64,000 bases of DNA from Octopus sinensis. Its lineage: Eukaryota. A model generated the notes under the pieces. The model was not told the origin of the DNA. It saw only the letters and a list, made by a program, of their open reading frames with translations, and searched no databases. Location of the stretch: the NCBI RefSeq assembly GCF_006345805.1, contig NC_043000.1, positions 127,596,001 to 127,660,000 of the forward strand, read 5' to 3'. How positions within the stretch are numbered: position 1 is the stretch's first letter; every line of letters starts with the position of its first letter. A program made the translations under genes and the position numbers. Positions 1 to 12,373 of the stretch are shown here, piece after piece.

Positions 1-56
1 ACTTAGTTGTCCCTCATCAATTATCAGCCAAAAAACATCACGATTTCATGCCATTA

Positions 57-490
57 TTGTGTGTGTGTGTGTGTGTGTGTGGTGAGTATGTGTGTGTGGT
101 GTGTATGTGGTGTGTGTATGTGTTTGGTGTGTATGCATGTGTGGTTTATGTGTGTAGTTTGTATGTGTGGTGTGTGTGTGTATGGTGTGTATGTATGTAT
201 GGTTTGAGTATGTGTGGTATGTATGAACGTGTGGTATGTGTGTGTGTGTATGTGGTGTGTGCATATGTGTGATTTGTATGCGTGTGGTGTGTATGTATGT
301 GTGGTTCATGTGTGTGGTGTGTGTGTGTATGTGCTGCATGTGTGTATGTGTGTGTGTATGGGTGTGTGGTGAGTGAGGTGTGTTGTGTGTGTACATGTGT
401 GGTTAATAATTGTGCAGTGAGTGTGAGTGAGTGTGTGTGATGTGTGTGTGCATGGTGGGTGTGTGCATGGTGTGTGTGTGTGTGGTTTGT
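57..490. repeat. degenerate (GT)n microsatellite, central tract of a SINE-A copy
   Basis: Interrupted TG/TATG repeats directly followed by SINE-A tail sequence. Confidence 0.9.
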
Positions 491-740
491 GTGTTCTTGT
501 GTTTGTCCCCACTTCACTGCTTGAAAACTGATGTCGGTTTCTTAACTTCGTCTCTACTTAGTCGTTGGGCTATTTTGCCAAGCTTAGCAGTTCAACAAAA
601 GAGACCAATAAAATAAGTATCAGATTTAAAAAAGAAACAAAAAAAGTATTGGGGGCCAATTTATTCAACTCAATACCTCAAGGTGGTGCCTCAGTATAGC
701 CCCAGTCCAATGAGTGAAATAAATTAAAGAAAAGAAAGAT
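490..740 (+). mobile_element. SINE-A 3' tail, degenerate
   Basis: gtttgtcccc...cttagcagttcaacaaaagagaccaataaaataagta...ggtggtgcctcagtatagccccagtccaatgagtgaaa matches other SINE-A tails in the window. Confidence 0.75.
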
Positions 741-745
741 AAAGA

Positions 746-764
746 TGTGTGTGTGTGCATATGT

Positions 765-821
<57 letters not shown>

Positions 822-1035
822 TGTGCATGTGTGTGTGTATGTTGTGCATGTATGTTTGGAGTATGTGGTGTGTATGTATGTGTAGTTTGTGTGGTGTGTG
901 TGTGTATGTATATGGTGTGTGCATATGTGATTTGTATGTGTGTGGTGTGTGTGTGTGTGTGCTCTGTGTGTGGTGTGTACATGTGTGGTTAATATGTAAA
1001 TATTTGTGTGTAGATATGTGTGTGTGTGTGTGTGC
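746..1035. repeat. degenerate (GT)n tract
   Basis: TG repeats sharing interruption motifs (gtagtttgt, tacatgtgtggttaata) with 57-410. Confidence 0.9.
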
Positions 1036-1286
1036 TTAAAAATACACACACACACACAGTGATTATATTGTAGTTGTTGTTGCCGCTTGTTCTGAAGACC
1101 AATCACTGTAATTCTAATGCTATAGGCTCTTTAAAACAGGAACCTGGAAAGTTTTTTCCATTGTAGCTAAAGAACTGTCTGCTGCCAGTGTGAATGGTAG
1201 CTGTTTGGCGCCATTCCAACTGCACCCAAATTCATAGCTATTCATCACCTCTCCACAAATGTGTAGTAGCTGTGACTGTGGAGTTT

Positions 1287-1287
<1 letters not shown>

Positions 1288-1320
<33 letters not shown>

Positions 1321-1762
1321 ACTCACATACACTCACACATTCATATATCAGACACAAACATACACTCATAAACACACATGCATGCACATCACACACACAC
1401 ACACAAAGACATAAGCATACAGATAAACACACACATTTGCATAAAGATACGTACTCACACACACACACATTCATATATATCACACACAAACATACACATG
1501 CATGCACATCACACACACACATACACACTCACATAGACATAAGCACACAGATAAACACACACTCGCATAGACACATATGTACTCACATGCTCGCACATCC
1601 ACACCCACACACATACACAAACACTCAGACACACATGCATATCACACACACACATACACACACACACTCACATTGACATAAACATACAGATAAACATACA
1701 CTCACATACAGACACGTATTCACATACACTCACACATGCACACACACACACGCACATACATA
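1288..1762. repeat. degenerate (CA)n tract with internal ~120-nt reiteration
   Basis: CA repeats; blocks catgcatgcacatcacacacacac and gacataagca-acagataaacacaca recur. Confidence 0.9.
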
Positions 1763-2187
1763 CTTGGCCTCACCCTTTTGCTCTCTTTTGACTCTATACT
1801 TCACAAAGTATAGAAGTTCTATTTTCCCTCTCACTTCCCTCGTGATAAAGTTATGAATACAAAAACAAAATAACCTAAAGCAACAAAATTCACCATTGGC
1901 TTCTCACTCCATTCCTGTTCTGCATTCAAGTGGCTCATTCTACCAACAACACAATCTAATCTAAATTTTGTTTCTTAAAAGGTGTATGGCCATATTCCTG
2001 CTAATCTTCTTCAATATAGCATAAAGATTACAATTTAAGAAAGAAAGGAAACACTTTATTCATTCTACCTCTCAGAGACATGAGCGTAAAGTTTTTTTTT
2101 TTTTCTAAAAAATTTTTGATCTCTATAATTAATTCTGTGCTTTGGAAATAACAAGATGAACCTCTGATCTTCTATTATTAGCATATG

Positions 2188-2565
2188 TGAAGGCACATGG
2201 CAAAGTGGTTAAGGCGTTTGGCTCACAATCATAATGTCGTGGGTTTAACTCCTTGCCCAGGTGACACATTTTGTCCTTGAGCAAATCACTTCATTTCATG
2301 TTACCTCAGTTTATTTAGCTGCAAATACCAATCACAAGGCACATTATTTCATGTTGCCCTAGTTCCCTCAGCTGGCAAAAATGAGTAGTATCTGTAATTC
2401 AAAGGGCCAGCTGTATCACATTTGGTGTGTTATGCTGAATCCCACTGAAAATTACATTAAAGGTATGCGTATCTGTGGAGTACTCAGCCACTTACACAAT
2501 TTCAACAGCTGGTTGTTCCATTGACCAAATCAACTAGAACACTTGTTGTAACTGAAGGAGAGCCA
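2188..2565 (+). mobile_element. tRNA-derived SINE, family D (CORE-like body)
   Basis: A-box tggcaaagtggtt, B-box-like gggtttaactcc, gtccttgagcaa body; homologous to 13704-14030. Confidence 0.75.
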
Positions 2566-2609
2566 GGTGAACCAACATCCTGCTTCATTGTATAAACAAT
2601 TATTTGTAA

Positions 2610-3170
2610 TTTAGACACAAGGCCAGCAAAATTGAGAGAAGGCAGTAAGTTGATACCTTCAACCCCAGTACATGACTGTTAGATTATTTTATCAAACCTG
2701 GAAGGATAATAATTGAAGTTAACCTTGGCAGAATTTGAACTCAGAACATAAGCAGCTGGAAGAAATACCTATTTCTTTACTACCCACAAGGGGCTAAACA
2801 CAGAAGAGACAAACAAGGACAGACAAACGGATTAAGTCGATTATATCGATGCCAGTGCGTAACTGGTACTTATTTAATCAACCCCAAAAGGATGAAAGGC
2901 AAAGTCGACCTCGGCAGAATTTGAACTCAGAACGTAGTGGCAGACGAAATACCGCTAAGCATTTCGCCTGGCGTGCTAACGTTTCTGCCAGCTCGCCGCC
3001 ATTAAGTTGATACCTTCAACCCCAGTACATGACTGTTAGATTATTTTATCAAACCTGGAGGGATAATAATTGAAGTTAACCTTGGTAGAATTTGAACTCA
3101 GAACATAAGCAGCTGGAAGAAATACCACAAGGCATTTTTCCTGATGCTCTAACAATGTTGCCACTCCACC
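2610..3170 (-). mobile_element. old SINE-B copy, partly duplicated around a younger SINE-B insertion
   Basis: Degenerate SINE-B sequence; 2646-2769 repeated at 3003-3126. Confidence 0.7.
2770..3002 (-). mobile_element. tRNA-derived SINE, family B (Nin/Deu-domain-like), young full-length copy
   Basis: Reverse complement reads ggcggcgagctggcagaaacgttagc...gagttcaaattc...gcctttcatccttttggg...aagtaccag...gtgggtagtaaagaaata. Confidence 0.85.
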
Positions 3171-4682
3171 ACACTTGGTTGTATAAAAGGATGATAAAGG
3201 GAAATGACTTATTTTGTCAATTTGCCAAGATAATTTTGTAATGTGAATTGGAAGAGTTTGTAGAATCAACAAGTAGGATATCAAATTTTGGGTACCCTAA
3301 GAGAACTAGACTGGCACTCTGCCAAAAGTATAACATCTCTTCCCTTAAGGAAATGATAAAAATAAGAAAAAGACAATTTTTTTATGTTGTCATGAAACTA
3401 CAGAACTGGAGAAGGGAGGTGGAAATGGTTGAATACATTAAGTACTCGACAGGTATTTATAGCATCAACCCCTGAAGGATGAAAGTCAAAGTCAATGACC
3501 TAGTGGTATTTGAACACAGAACAAAATATAGACATAATAGATTTTCAGCTCTAATCCAGAGGAATTGCAATTGAAAGCATTCCAGCTATGACCACCCCAT
3601 TTTATATCTAGGACTACATTATAAAATAAGCTTTCCTGTACTGTTACTCATTTCTGTGTCAACCCCAACTGAGGAGACCTAAGATCAAAGGCTTTCGGAC
3701 CATGACTGCACCATCTTGTTTTCAGGAGTATTGTATCGAAGATTAAGGCACTCAAATGGCAAAGTCATCAGAGTATTGGATGAAATGCATGTGATATTTG
3801 TTCTAGTCCTCTGAACACTGAGTTCAAATTACATCAAAGGCAGCTTTAACTTTCATCCTTTCAAGGTTGATAAACAAAGGACCAACCCAGCGCTAGCACA
3901 TATAGTGTCCACTACCCACAGGTCTTCATTAACCAGTATTTCCAGTCCTCCTTTTCTAAAATGTTGGTTCTCTAAGATTTCCATCCCAACATGCTTTTTT
4001 CTGCAAGTATCAACTTGTAACAGTTCAAGAGGGACATTAACCACTTTGAACGCCAGTCTTGAAGGGTTATGGAAACAGCCATTTCCGCTAGTGGAATGAG
4101 ATGATTTGGGACAGCCATTTGGACACAGACAATTTAGCATAGCTGATGGAACATTTAGCCTATTTTGGCAGCAGTGTCTTTTGGCACTGGATGCAAACAA
4201 AGACAGACACGCACATGTGCGTTCAGAAATATATTTACATACAGATAGAAAGAGTGAAAGAGAGATATAGGGAGGGAGAGAGTGTGTGAAACATTATAAT
4301 TTATTAATTGAACATGATTGACATAAACACTTTTCCTCTCCTCAGACACATAAAGAGAAGCATAATCACACACATAAACAGAGAGAGGGAGAGGAGGGAG
4401 GGAGAGGATGAGAAAAACATTAAAACATCTGATGCTAAACAAGTCAGCATTAAATCAGCAACCCAATTAAACAGCATGAAAATGGCTGTGCCAAAACGCA
4501 TCATATCCTTCCTCCAGACCGATTCAATAAAACAGAAAAAGAAACCTTAAAGTGCATTAATTATAAAAGGACACAACATTGATACATCATTAAGGTGAAA
4601 AATCATTAATTATATGTACATCAAACACAAATTTCTATATAGCATATATCAATGTATAATAAATAATACAAAACAGTCTTAC

Positions 4683-4830
4683 CTGCCAGCTGCTGTATGG
4701 TTGACTGGATTCCATGCCTGTCTGGTGTTAATCGACCTGACAGGCTGCCAGTGCTTGACACTGGTGTACTACTGCGAGTGCTGGGTAAAGAATTACTTGG
4801 ACTTACTGATGACCGATAGAAGCGGTCCAT
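4683..4830 (-). CDS. first coding exon of an unidentified host gene (Ser/Pro-rich N-terminus MDRFYRSSVSPSNSLPSTRSSTPVSSTGSLSGRLTPDRHGIQSTIQQLA); gene continues left of the window
   Basis: Acceptor cttctcttcttccatttcag (AG at 4862-4861); exon 4860-4683; in-frame upstream TGA then ATCATGG start; donor CAG|GTAAGA at 4682; non-repetitive sequence; 148 coding nt, phase 1. Confidence 0.75.
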
Positions 4831-5069
4831 GATCTGTCACCAGAGTAATATCCTTAGAATCTGAAATGGAAGAAGAGAAGATGTGAGTGTAAGAATATGT
4901 CTGAGAAACATTTCTTCATTTACAGATTTTCAGATTTCAGCAAAATAAGAATAGAATTTCAATAGTGAATGTGGCTGTGGTTAAGAAGTTCACTTCAGAA
5001 TCATGTGGTTAGGAGTTCAGTCCCACTGTGTGGACGTTATTGGCTGGTATCTTATCCTACAGTTATCAA

Positions 5070-5262
5070 CATCATCATCATCATCATCATCGTTTAACGT
5101 CCGTTTTCCATGCTAGTATGGGTTGGACGGTTCGACTGGGGTCTGAGAAGCCAGGAGGCTGCACCAGGCTCCAGTCTGATCTGGCAATGTTTCTATAGCT
5201 GGATGCCCTTCCTAATGTCAACCAGTCTGTGAGTGTAGTGGGTGCTTTTTACGTGCCACCGG
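5070..5262 (-). mobile_element. RTE-type 3' end (family C) nested in a SINE-A copy (4970-5420)
   Basis: (cat)n tail then tttaacgtccgttttccatgctagtatgggttgg...ggatgcccttcctaatg. Confidence 0.8.
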
Positions 5263-5489
5263 CTTAACAAAATACCTTGTGAATGAAACTGGTAGAAAGA
5301 AAATGAAAGAAATCCATCATGTTTGTACATGTGTGTGTATCTATATGCATGTGTGTCTGTATACATGTGTCTGTATGCATGTGTGTGTGTGTGTGTGTGT
5401 GTGCAAGTGTGTGTATGTGTGAATGAGTACGTATTTCCCCTCATCATCATGTGTTCACTGATTGTGAACAAAAGCCTTACTCTTCATGC

Positions 5490-5747
5490 AGACAATATTA
5501 GGGCTTCTTGACATATTGCACAACCTTTGTAAACAAAAGGCATATTCAAACAATACCATTTGGTTCCAGTTCTCTGCATAACTATGTCTAGGCTGTTTGT
5601 TGCTTGATAGACTAGAGAATTATTACCTTACTTGGAGACAAGTGAGGTTTGGTATCAGGAGGGGCATCCAGCCTTAAAAAAATGTTGCTCTAAGGTCATC
5701 TCATCTTACCCATGCAAGCATGGAAAAATGGATGTGATGATGATGAA
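5490..5747 (+). mobile_element. interspersed repeat with RTE-like tail (family G)
   Basis: Homologous to 36880-37150; ends acccatgcaagcatggaaaaatggatg(tga)n. Confidence 0.6.
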
Positions 5748-5884
5748 TGTGTGTGTCACTCGTACCAATATATTTTCATTTTCCATTGGTTTGATGGTAT
5801 TTTTGAATATTTCTATCATTCATTTTAACTGAAAAGAATAAAAGCAATAAATGCCACCTTTTTCTGAAAATGGTTATTAGCTCA

Positions 5885-5980
5885 TTCTGTTGTGTCTGGG
5901 GAGAGTCATTTTCTTTTTGTGCCTTATGATTTAACACAGTCACCGGTAGAATTTCCACTGATTTCTTATTTTTATTCTCC
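5885..5980. mobile_element. 96-nt insertion flanked by a 14-bp direct repeat
   Basis: tggttattagctca at 5871-5884 and 5981-5994. Confidence 0.55.
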
Positions 5981-6299
5981 TGGTTATTAGCTCAGATATT
6001 TACATATTCACCATATTTATGAAAATGGTTAAGCCTACTAAAATATAATTGACCAGCGACACTTAACAATATTTAATTATAAAATTATGCATACTACAAT
6101 AGGGATAATTTCAAAGTTTATAGTTTGAAATTTAGAATGTTTGCGAATATCTGTATTTCGCATATAAGGTATTAAAAGGTTAAAAGAAGATGAAAAATAT
6201 GTAAAAATAAAAGCAAAGAATGTAGCCATCATTTGCAAATGAGTATAACCTGGTAGCAAATAGAATCCTCTCACATTAATTTAGGTGCCTCATAGATGC

Positions 6300-6353
6300 A
6301 AGCAACCACAGACACCCAATTGGCCCACCTACCCTTACTCTAGGATGTAACTA

Positions 6354-6399
<46 letters not shown>

Positions 6400-6575
6400 A
6401 AGAGAGAGAGAGTTGCAACAGCACTCAGTCGGTACTCATTTCAGCTGAGTAGTCTGAAGTGGTGCGAAATGACAGTGCTTTGTTCAAGGAATCAATGCAT
6501 CACCTGGTCCAGGAATTGAACCTACAATCATACAACAGTGAAACCAACACCCTAACCACTACTCCATGTGTCTTA
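6300..6575 (-). mobile_element. tRNA-headed SINE (family D-like) with (AG)n tract
   Basis: Reverse complement has tagtggttagggtg A-box and ggttcaattcc B-box. Confidence 0.55.
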
Positions 6576-8241
6576 TACAAAGCACTGAAATTCCCATTAC
6601 AAAAATATGCAAGGAGTAATTCCAAAGTGACCAAGTCTCTAACCATATGACCTAAGTTGTTGTGAAGCAGACCTATGATCAAAGACATTCCAGACATGAC
6701 CACCCCATCTATTTAGATAATAATGTATCCAGAACTACATTATCCAGTATGCTCTTCTATGTTTTAAAATGGTAGATAAGTTTTAATGTGATTTGGTTAT
6801 TTCTTGTAAGTCAAGGGGCCACTAAGAAGTACCTCTTCAATGGTTTCTGTGGCCTAAGAGTCTAGCTTGAGAATTCTTGTAACTGTACACCAATCACATT
6901 TGAAATGAAACCAGCAGAGATAAGACTCAACTGTATAATATGGATTTACAAAGGACAGAGTAATTCAATTTGTCAGTAACAAGAAGATAGGACTATGTAG
7001 GAGAACTAGAGAAAGTGTGTGATACAGGATATGGAGAGTGATATAGGAGAGGTGATAACAAGAGGGAAGTTAGTATATGATACAGTCCACTGCTAATTCA
7101 TTGAAAACAGGTGTTAGAAAAAGGTTCAAAGTTGACAAGTTTAGTGAATCAGAAATAATTACAGTAGTGGAGGTATAATGGCCAAGTTTGGTTTATGTGC
7201 TTTGTATGTATATGAGTGTATATATGTATTTAGTATATGTTTTGTTCCAGTTGTGAGGTAAAAGATTATAAATGTTTATCTTCTCTCCAGTAAAAAGAAA
7301 ATTTATTCTTTAAACAAAGAAATATAGGCACTTGACCAACACTATCCAAACAGTACAACAAATTACAACACTTGTCTTCAACACCAGGCAACAGCAATGA
7401 AAACAGTCACGCTGCTCCAATTACAACCACTTCATGAATTAACAAAATCAAAAAGAAAGCTGAAATAGGAATAGATTGTTCATTGTAACAAGAACAGTAT
7501 TGACTGTAGCAAGTGATAACTTACATGCACACGCTCACACATACCTATACACTACAGGTATGGGTTGCCAACAACTTTGACAGACAGGTAACAGTAATTT
7601 GTAAGACATGCATCAACTTGCCTCCACCTGTCATTTATCAAAGTAGATTTTAATCATAATAAATTTCTCAGATAATTTTATCACATTATTCTTGAGGATT
7701 GTTTGCAAGCTAGAATTATGGTAAGGATTAAGTCAGTTTTAAACTAGACATTTCTAAGTGGGGTGAGACCGGAGATAACAACATGAAGGAAGGAAGGAAA
7801 CAAGCAGCAGAAATGATAAATACACAAGTAAATTAAATATGTAATCGTGATCATAACAACTTAATACACTTTGTCACCAAAACTGATTATTTAGTTATCG
7901 AAACACTGGCGCACAAAAGAGAGATTTAACATAATCTCTCATTGTCATTCATGATGGCACCAGCAGTATCATTGCTGTCGTCGTCATTGGTGATGGTATC
8001 GGTATCTATGTCGGTGTTTTAACATCTCCTTTTCCATGCTTGCATGGGTCAGAGGAAAGTCATTGAGGTAGATTTTCTAAGGAAAGGTTATCTATGCTCT
8101 ACCGGTCACCAGCTCTCACCTATTTCCAAGCCAATTAAAGTAGTATTTCCATTAGCCCTTCCAATGACAAACAGCTAAATGGCCAGACTTGTTTTTGCAG
8201 AAGATTGCAAACAATGACACTGAAAGGAATGTTTATCCTGA

Positions 8242-8477
8242 CTCAAACATGGATGTTCTGTTACAGCAAACTATATTGCAGTAGATACCATGGGAGAAAC
8301 ACCTCTATTGGCTTTTGTTTCAAAATGCACTCTTGTTTATAAGGGTTTTGCACCATTTTGCACCAAAAGCCAATACAAGAGTTTCTCATATGGTATCTAC
8401 TGCAGTACATCAAACAGAAGATCTATGTTTGAGCGAAGTTATATGTTTACCTCTAGGTATTAATACTGCTTCTGTTG

Positions 8478-8515
<38 letters not shown>
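8242..8515. repeat. imperfect fold-back insertion ending in (TA)n
   Basis: ctcaaacat..tgcagtagataccat..tattggcttttg pairs with caaaagccaata..atggtatctactgca..atgtttgag. Confidence 0.7.
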
Positions 8516-8518
<3 letters not shown>

Positions 8519-8551
8519 ACATTGTTTTGTATCAATCAATAGTGACTGTCT

Positions 8552-8970
8552 TAAGGCAGTGAGCTGGCAGAAACGTTAGCATGCCGGTATTTCATCTGCT
8601 GTTACGTTCTGAGTTCAAATTCCGCCAAGGTCAACTTTGCCTTTCATCCTTTCGGGGTCGATAAATTAAGTACCAGTTATGCACTGGGGTCAATGTAATC
8701 AACTTAACCCCTTTGTCTGTCCTTGTTTGTCCCCTCTATGTTTAGCCCCTTGTGGGCAATAAAGAAACATTAGGAAACATTAGGACACTGGGCAAAATGC
8801 TTAGTGGTATTTCGTCTGTCTTTACACTCTGAGTTCAAATTCCACTGAGGTCAACGTTGCCTTTCATCCTTTCGGGGGCCAATAAATTAAGTACCAGTTG
8901 CATACTGAGGTTGATCTAATCGACTGCCACCTCCCCTCAAAAATTTTGGGCCTTGTGCATAGAGTAGAAA
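8552..8970 (+). mobile_element. two tandem SINE-B copies
   Basis: Two consecutive gagttcaaattcc...gcctttcatcctttcggggg/tc...aattaagtaccagtt units. Confidence 0.85.
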
Positions 8971-9574
8971 AAAAAATAGTGACTGTCTTTAATCACTACA
9001 TAAATGTCAAGACATGGGGAAGACTCACACACACACATTTATATATATGATGGGCTTCTTACAGTTTCTGTCAACCAATCACTCACAAAGTATTAGTTAG
9101 CCTATAGCCATAGTGGAAGACATCAACTGGCAGTACCATGCAGTGCAAATAAGTCCTAAACCATGTGTTTTCATAACATACTTGTTAACCACATGATCAT
9201 GCCTGTGGTTTCAATTAATTTTGAAAGATTAATCCAGCTTTGGAAGGCTTTAGCAAAACAACTAACTTGTTCATTTTTAAGCCAATGTTTGGAACATAAC
9301 TTAACCATTGAATCTGTGAGTAAGCTTCAGCAGGCACAATTTGATTTGACTATTTTCCTCAAACATTCAGTCATTAGACTGTGGCCATACTGGGGCACTT
9401 TCTTGAAGAATTCTTAATCAAATCAATCAACCCCAGTACCTTCCTTTTCCCTCTTTTTTCAAGCCTGGTACTTATTCTATTGGTCTCTTTTGTCATCAGT
9501 TGTCAAGTGGTGGCAGGGAACAAATACAGACGCAAGGACACACACATACATACACACACACACACACAAACATA

Positions 9575-10456
9575 TACCGTAAATCCTCGAGTATAGCCCA
9601 CCCTTCAGTATAATACACAGGGGATTTTTAGGGGGCTGTACCTCTGAAAAACCTAAACCTTGTGTATAATACGCACTCCCTCTCTAACTTGAGTCAAGGA
9701 GGTCTATATAACGTCCTTGGATTGTTAAAATGTATATGGTAACGTCCTTTATTATTATTGTATATATAACATAATGCAAACATGTAGCTTTTTTGTGCAT
9801 TTTGTTTGCAGAAAATAAAGAAGTAACAGTAATAACATCAGTGAAAAATAAATATTAAGTAAATTGCCTTTACATATTTATCACTATCAGTTACAAAGGC
9901 AAAAGCAAAAACATTTATTCAAATCCTTCAAATTCAACGTCACTTCCAGCATCAAATAACTGTTCTGTTTGTTCCTCCATAAACATGTCAGCATCATTGT
10001 AGTGTAAATCTCCATCATCGTCAGATTCATAGTTAACATCAGAAGATTCACTTTCATTTATTTCATCTTTCCATACAACATCATCCTGAATACCAATACA
10101 AACAGCAGGATGAACTATTTAACGCTAAACTGTTATGCACAATTCGTGCGTAATTAAGCCAGCAGTACCTAGTCAAACAAACACTTCCGTGCATGCGTAA
10201 TACAATAATGGTGATGTTCTTAACTGTTATATGGGAATGTAAATATGTTTGCAAATTGTTTTTTGTTACATGTTATTCTGTGTTCTGAATACTTTTATTT
10301 TAATAAATGTTGCTTACTGCAAGTTATGGATGATTCTTTTATGACTTCATTGCTTTCAGGCTTAGCCAAAGGTATTTTCATACACGACATCACAAAATGC
10401 GTCTGAATAAACATTGCCGGACAGCAAACAGAGACTCGGACATTGCTTAGAAAATA
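9575..10456 (-). mobile_element. pogo/Tigger-like non-autonomous DNA transposon (one TIR visible)
   Basis: TIR taccgtaaatcctcgagtata at 9575; homologous to complete MITE 35301-35751; retains transposase C-terminus. Confidence 0.8.
9915..10094 (-). pseudogene. pogo-type transposase acidic C-terminal remnant
   Basis: Translates GIQDDVVWKDEINESESSDVNYESDDDGD...FDAGSDVEFEGFE*, resembling the DG-EDD-W...S-EEF-GF tail of pogo transposases; lies inside the TIR element. Confidence 0.65.
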
Positions 10457-10696
10457 TTTTTTTTAAATCAGTTTACACACTTTCTTATTATTATCAAAGA
10501 ATGTAAATATGTATTTTAATACTTTTGTGACAACCAGTACTTAACACAACAAAGCTTATATAAAGCTTTACATTTTACTTTTGACAATCTTTTTCTGAAA
10601 AGTGAAACTGGTCAAGTGATAAACATCTTTAAAATTGCATTTTCAAACCTTCGTTCATATATATTTCCACTCGTGCAGTACTTTACAACTTCACTT

Positions 10697-10754
<58 letters not shown>

Positions 10755-10756
<2 letters not shown>

Positions 10757-11767
10757 TAGCAGTATCGCCGGCGTTGCTCGGGTTTGTAAGCATTTTTATA
10801 TAAGCATTTTTAGTGAGTCATAGCAAAAACATAGCAAAAAATGCATTAAAAATGGAATAAAAAATGATGGTAATTTTTTTTTAAATCGTTGACTCATCGT
10901 AGACATTTTTAGAGAGTTACTTCCCTTATATAATAGCGAAAAATGCATTAAAATGGAATAAAAAATGATGGTAATTTTTTTTTTAATCGTTGACTCATCG
11001 TAGACATTTTTAGAGAGTTACTTCCCTTATATAATAGCGAAAAATGCATTAAAATGGAATAAAAAATGATGGTAAATTATTTTTAAAATCGTAGACTCAT
11101 CATAGATGCACGCTAATACCCAGAAGGGCTCGATATGAATCACGACTATAAGATACCCGGTTTTGGTTACACTGCACCGCAAAATGTGGGAGTAGTTAGG
11201 AATCTAAATTGTAGGAGACAGACACACAACCTTACTTTTATATATAAAGATTTGTGCAACAACTAAAACATTCGGTTGTGCAAATTGTTTGCACAGGAAA
11301 CCTGCCCTGTGTGGCGGTAATTGCCATTTTTGTGGATCTGTTTCAGCTTTTTAGCGATTTCTGTTTTGGCGACTTCAAGCCATGAAGTCGTTGTTCTTAA
11401 AGAACGCTGGTCTCCTTGACAACGCATTACGACGTTGATTTTCTTACACTCCCTTCCCCACAGCTTCACGAGGGAGGGAAGGGGGAGAAGCGGAGGAAGC
11501 ACAGGTGCAGGTTAACCATGGACGCCAACTCCGCCGCCATCGACACACGAAAAATATGCATTAAAATGGAATAAAAAATGATGTTAAATTATTTTTAAAA
11601 TCGTAGACTCATCGTAGACGCGCGCTAATACCCAGACGGGCTCGATATGAATCACGACTATAAGATACCCGAATTTGGTTAAACTGCACCGCAAAATGTG
11701 GGAGTAGTTAGGAATCTAAATCGAAGGGGACAGACACTCACACAACTACAGTTTTATATATATAGAT
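10755..11767 (+). mobile_element. Helentron/HINE (Lep1/DINE-1-like) non-autonomous element with internal ~102-nt tandem repeats and duplicated 3' end
   Basis: 5' actagc...ccggcgttgctcggg; ends ttttatatataaagat (11251) and ttttatatatatagat (11767); repeat units start ~10836, 10939, 11040, 11551. Confidence 0.65.
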
Positions 11768-11775
11768 ATATACAC

Positions 11776-12053
11776 ATATAAGAATTTTTTGCATAATGAG
11801 ATAAAAAAAAAAACCAAGGCTGTGTAGATATTAGACCTTCTATCTATAAATGTTCTAATATCTACACAGCCTTCGTTTTTTTATCTCATTATGCAAAAAA
11901 TTCTTATATACACACGCTGACATATGACCAACGTTGAACCCCTTATTCAGAAAATTACTGAATCTGGAAGTTAACTATGGTCTGTCTATAGCACTTATTC
12001 AGCATTACCTGACAACTTTGGGTCTCAATGACACCATTACCTCTTATAACCTC
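11776..12053 (+). mobile_element. fold-back element in (TA)n, copy 1
   Basis: Inverted arms 11776-11835 / 11854-11909; homologous in reverse to 31197-31448. Confidence 0.75.
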
Positions 12054-12096
12054 ATATATATATAGTATATATATCTATATATATAAACATATTATA

Positions 12097-12136
<40 letters not shown>

Positions 12137-12316
12137 ATACATATATATATATATATACACACATATATATACATATATATATATATATACACACACATAT
12201 ATACATATATATATATATACACACATATATACATATATATATAATATATACACACACATATATACATATATATATATATACACACATATATACATATATA
12301 TATTATATACACACAC

Positions 12317-12360
<44 letters not shown>

Positions 12361-12373
12361 CATATATATACAT
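12054..12373. repeat. (TA/CA)n microsatellite
   Basis: Direct reading. Confidence 0.95.

Noticed and set aside
7-1676. Many His/Thr- or Cys/Val-rich ORFs in the track (also ~12.0-12.4, 21.1-21.4, 57.7-59.1 kb)
   Set aside because: Translations of (CA)/(GT)/(TA)/(CT) microsatellites; no splice signals or protein-like complexity
9915-10094. Acidic open frame as a host exon
   Set aside because: Lies inside a pogo-type TIR element and matches a transposase tail pattern
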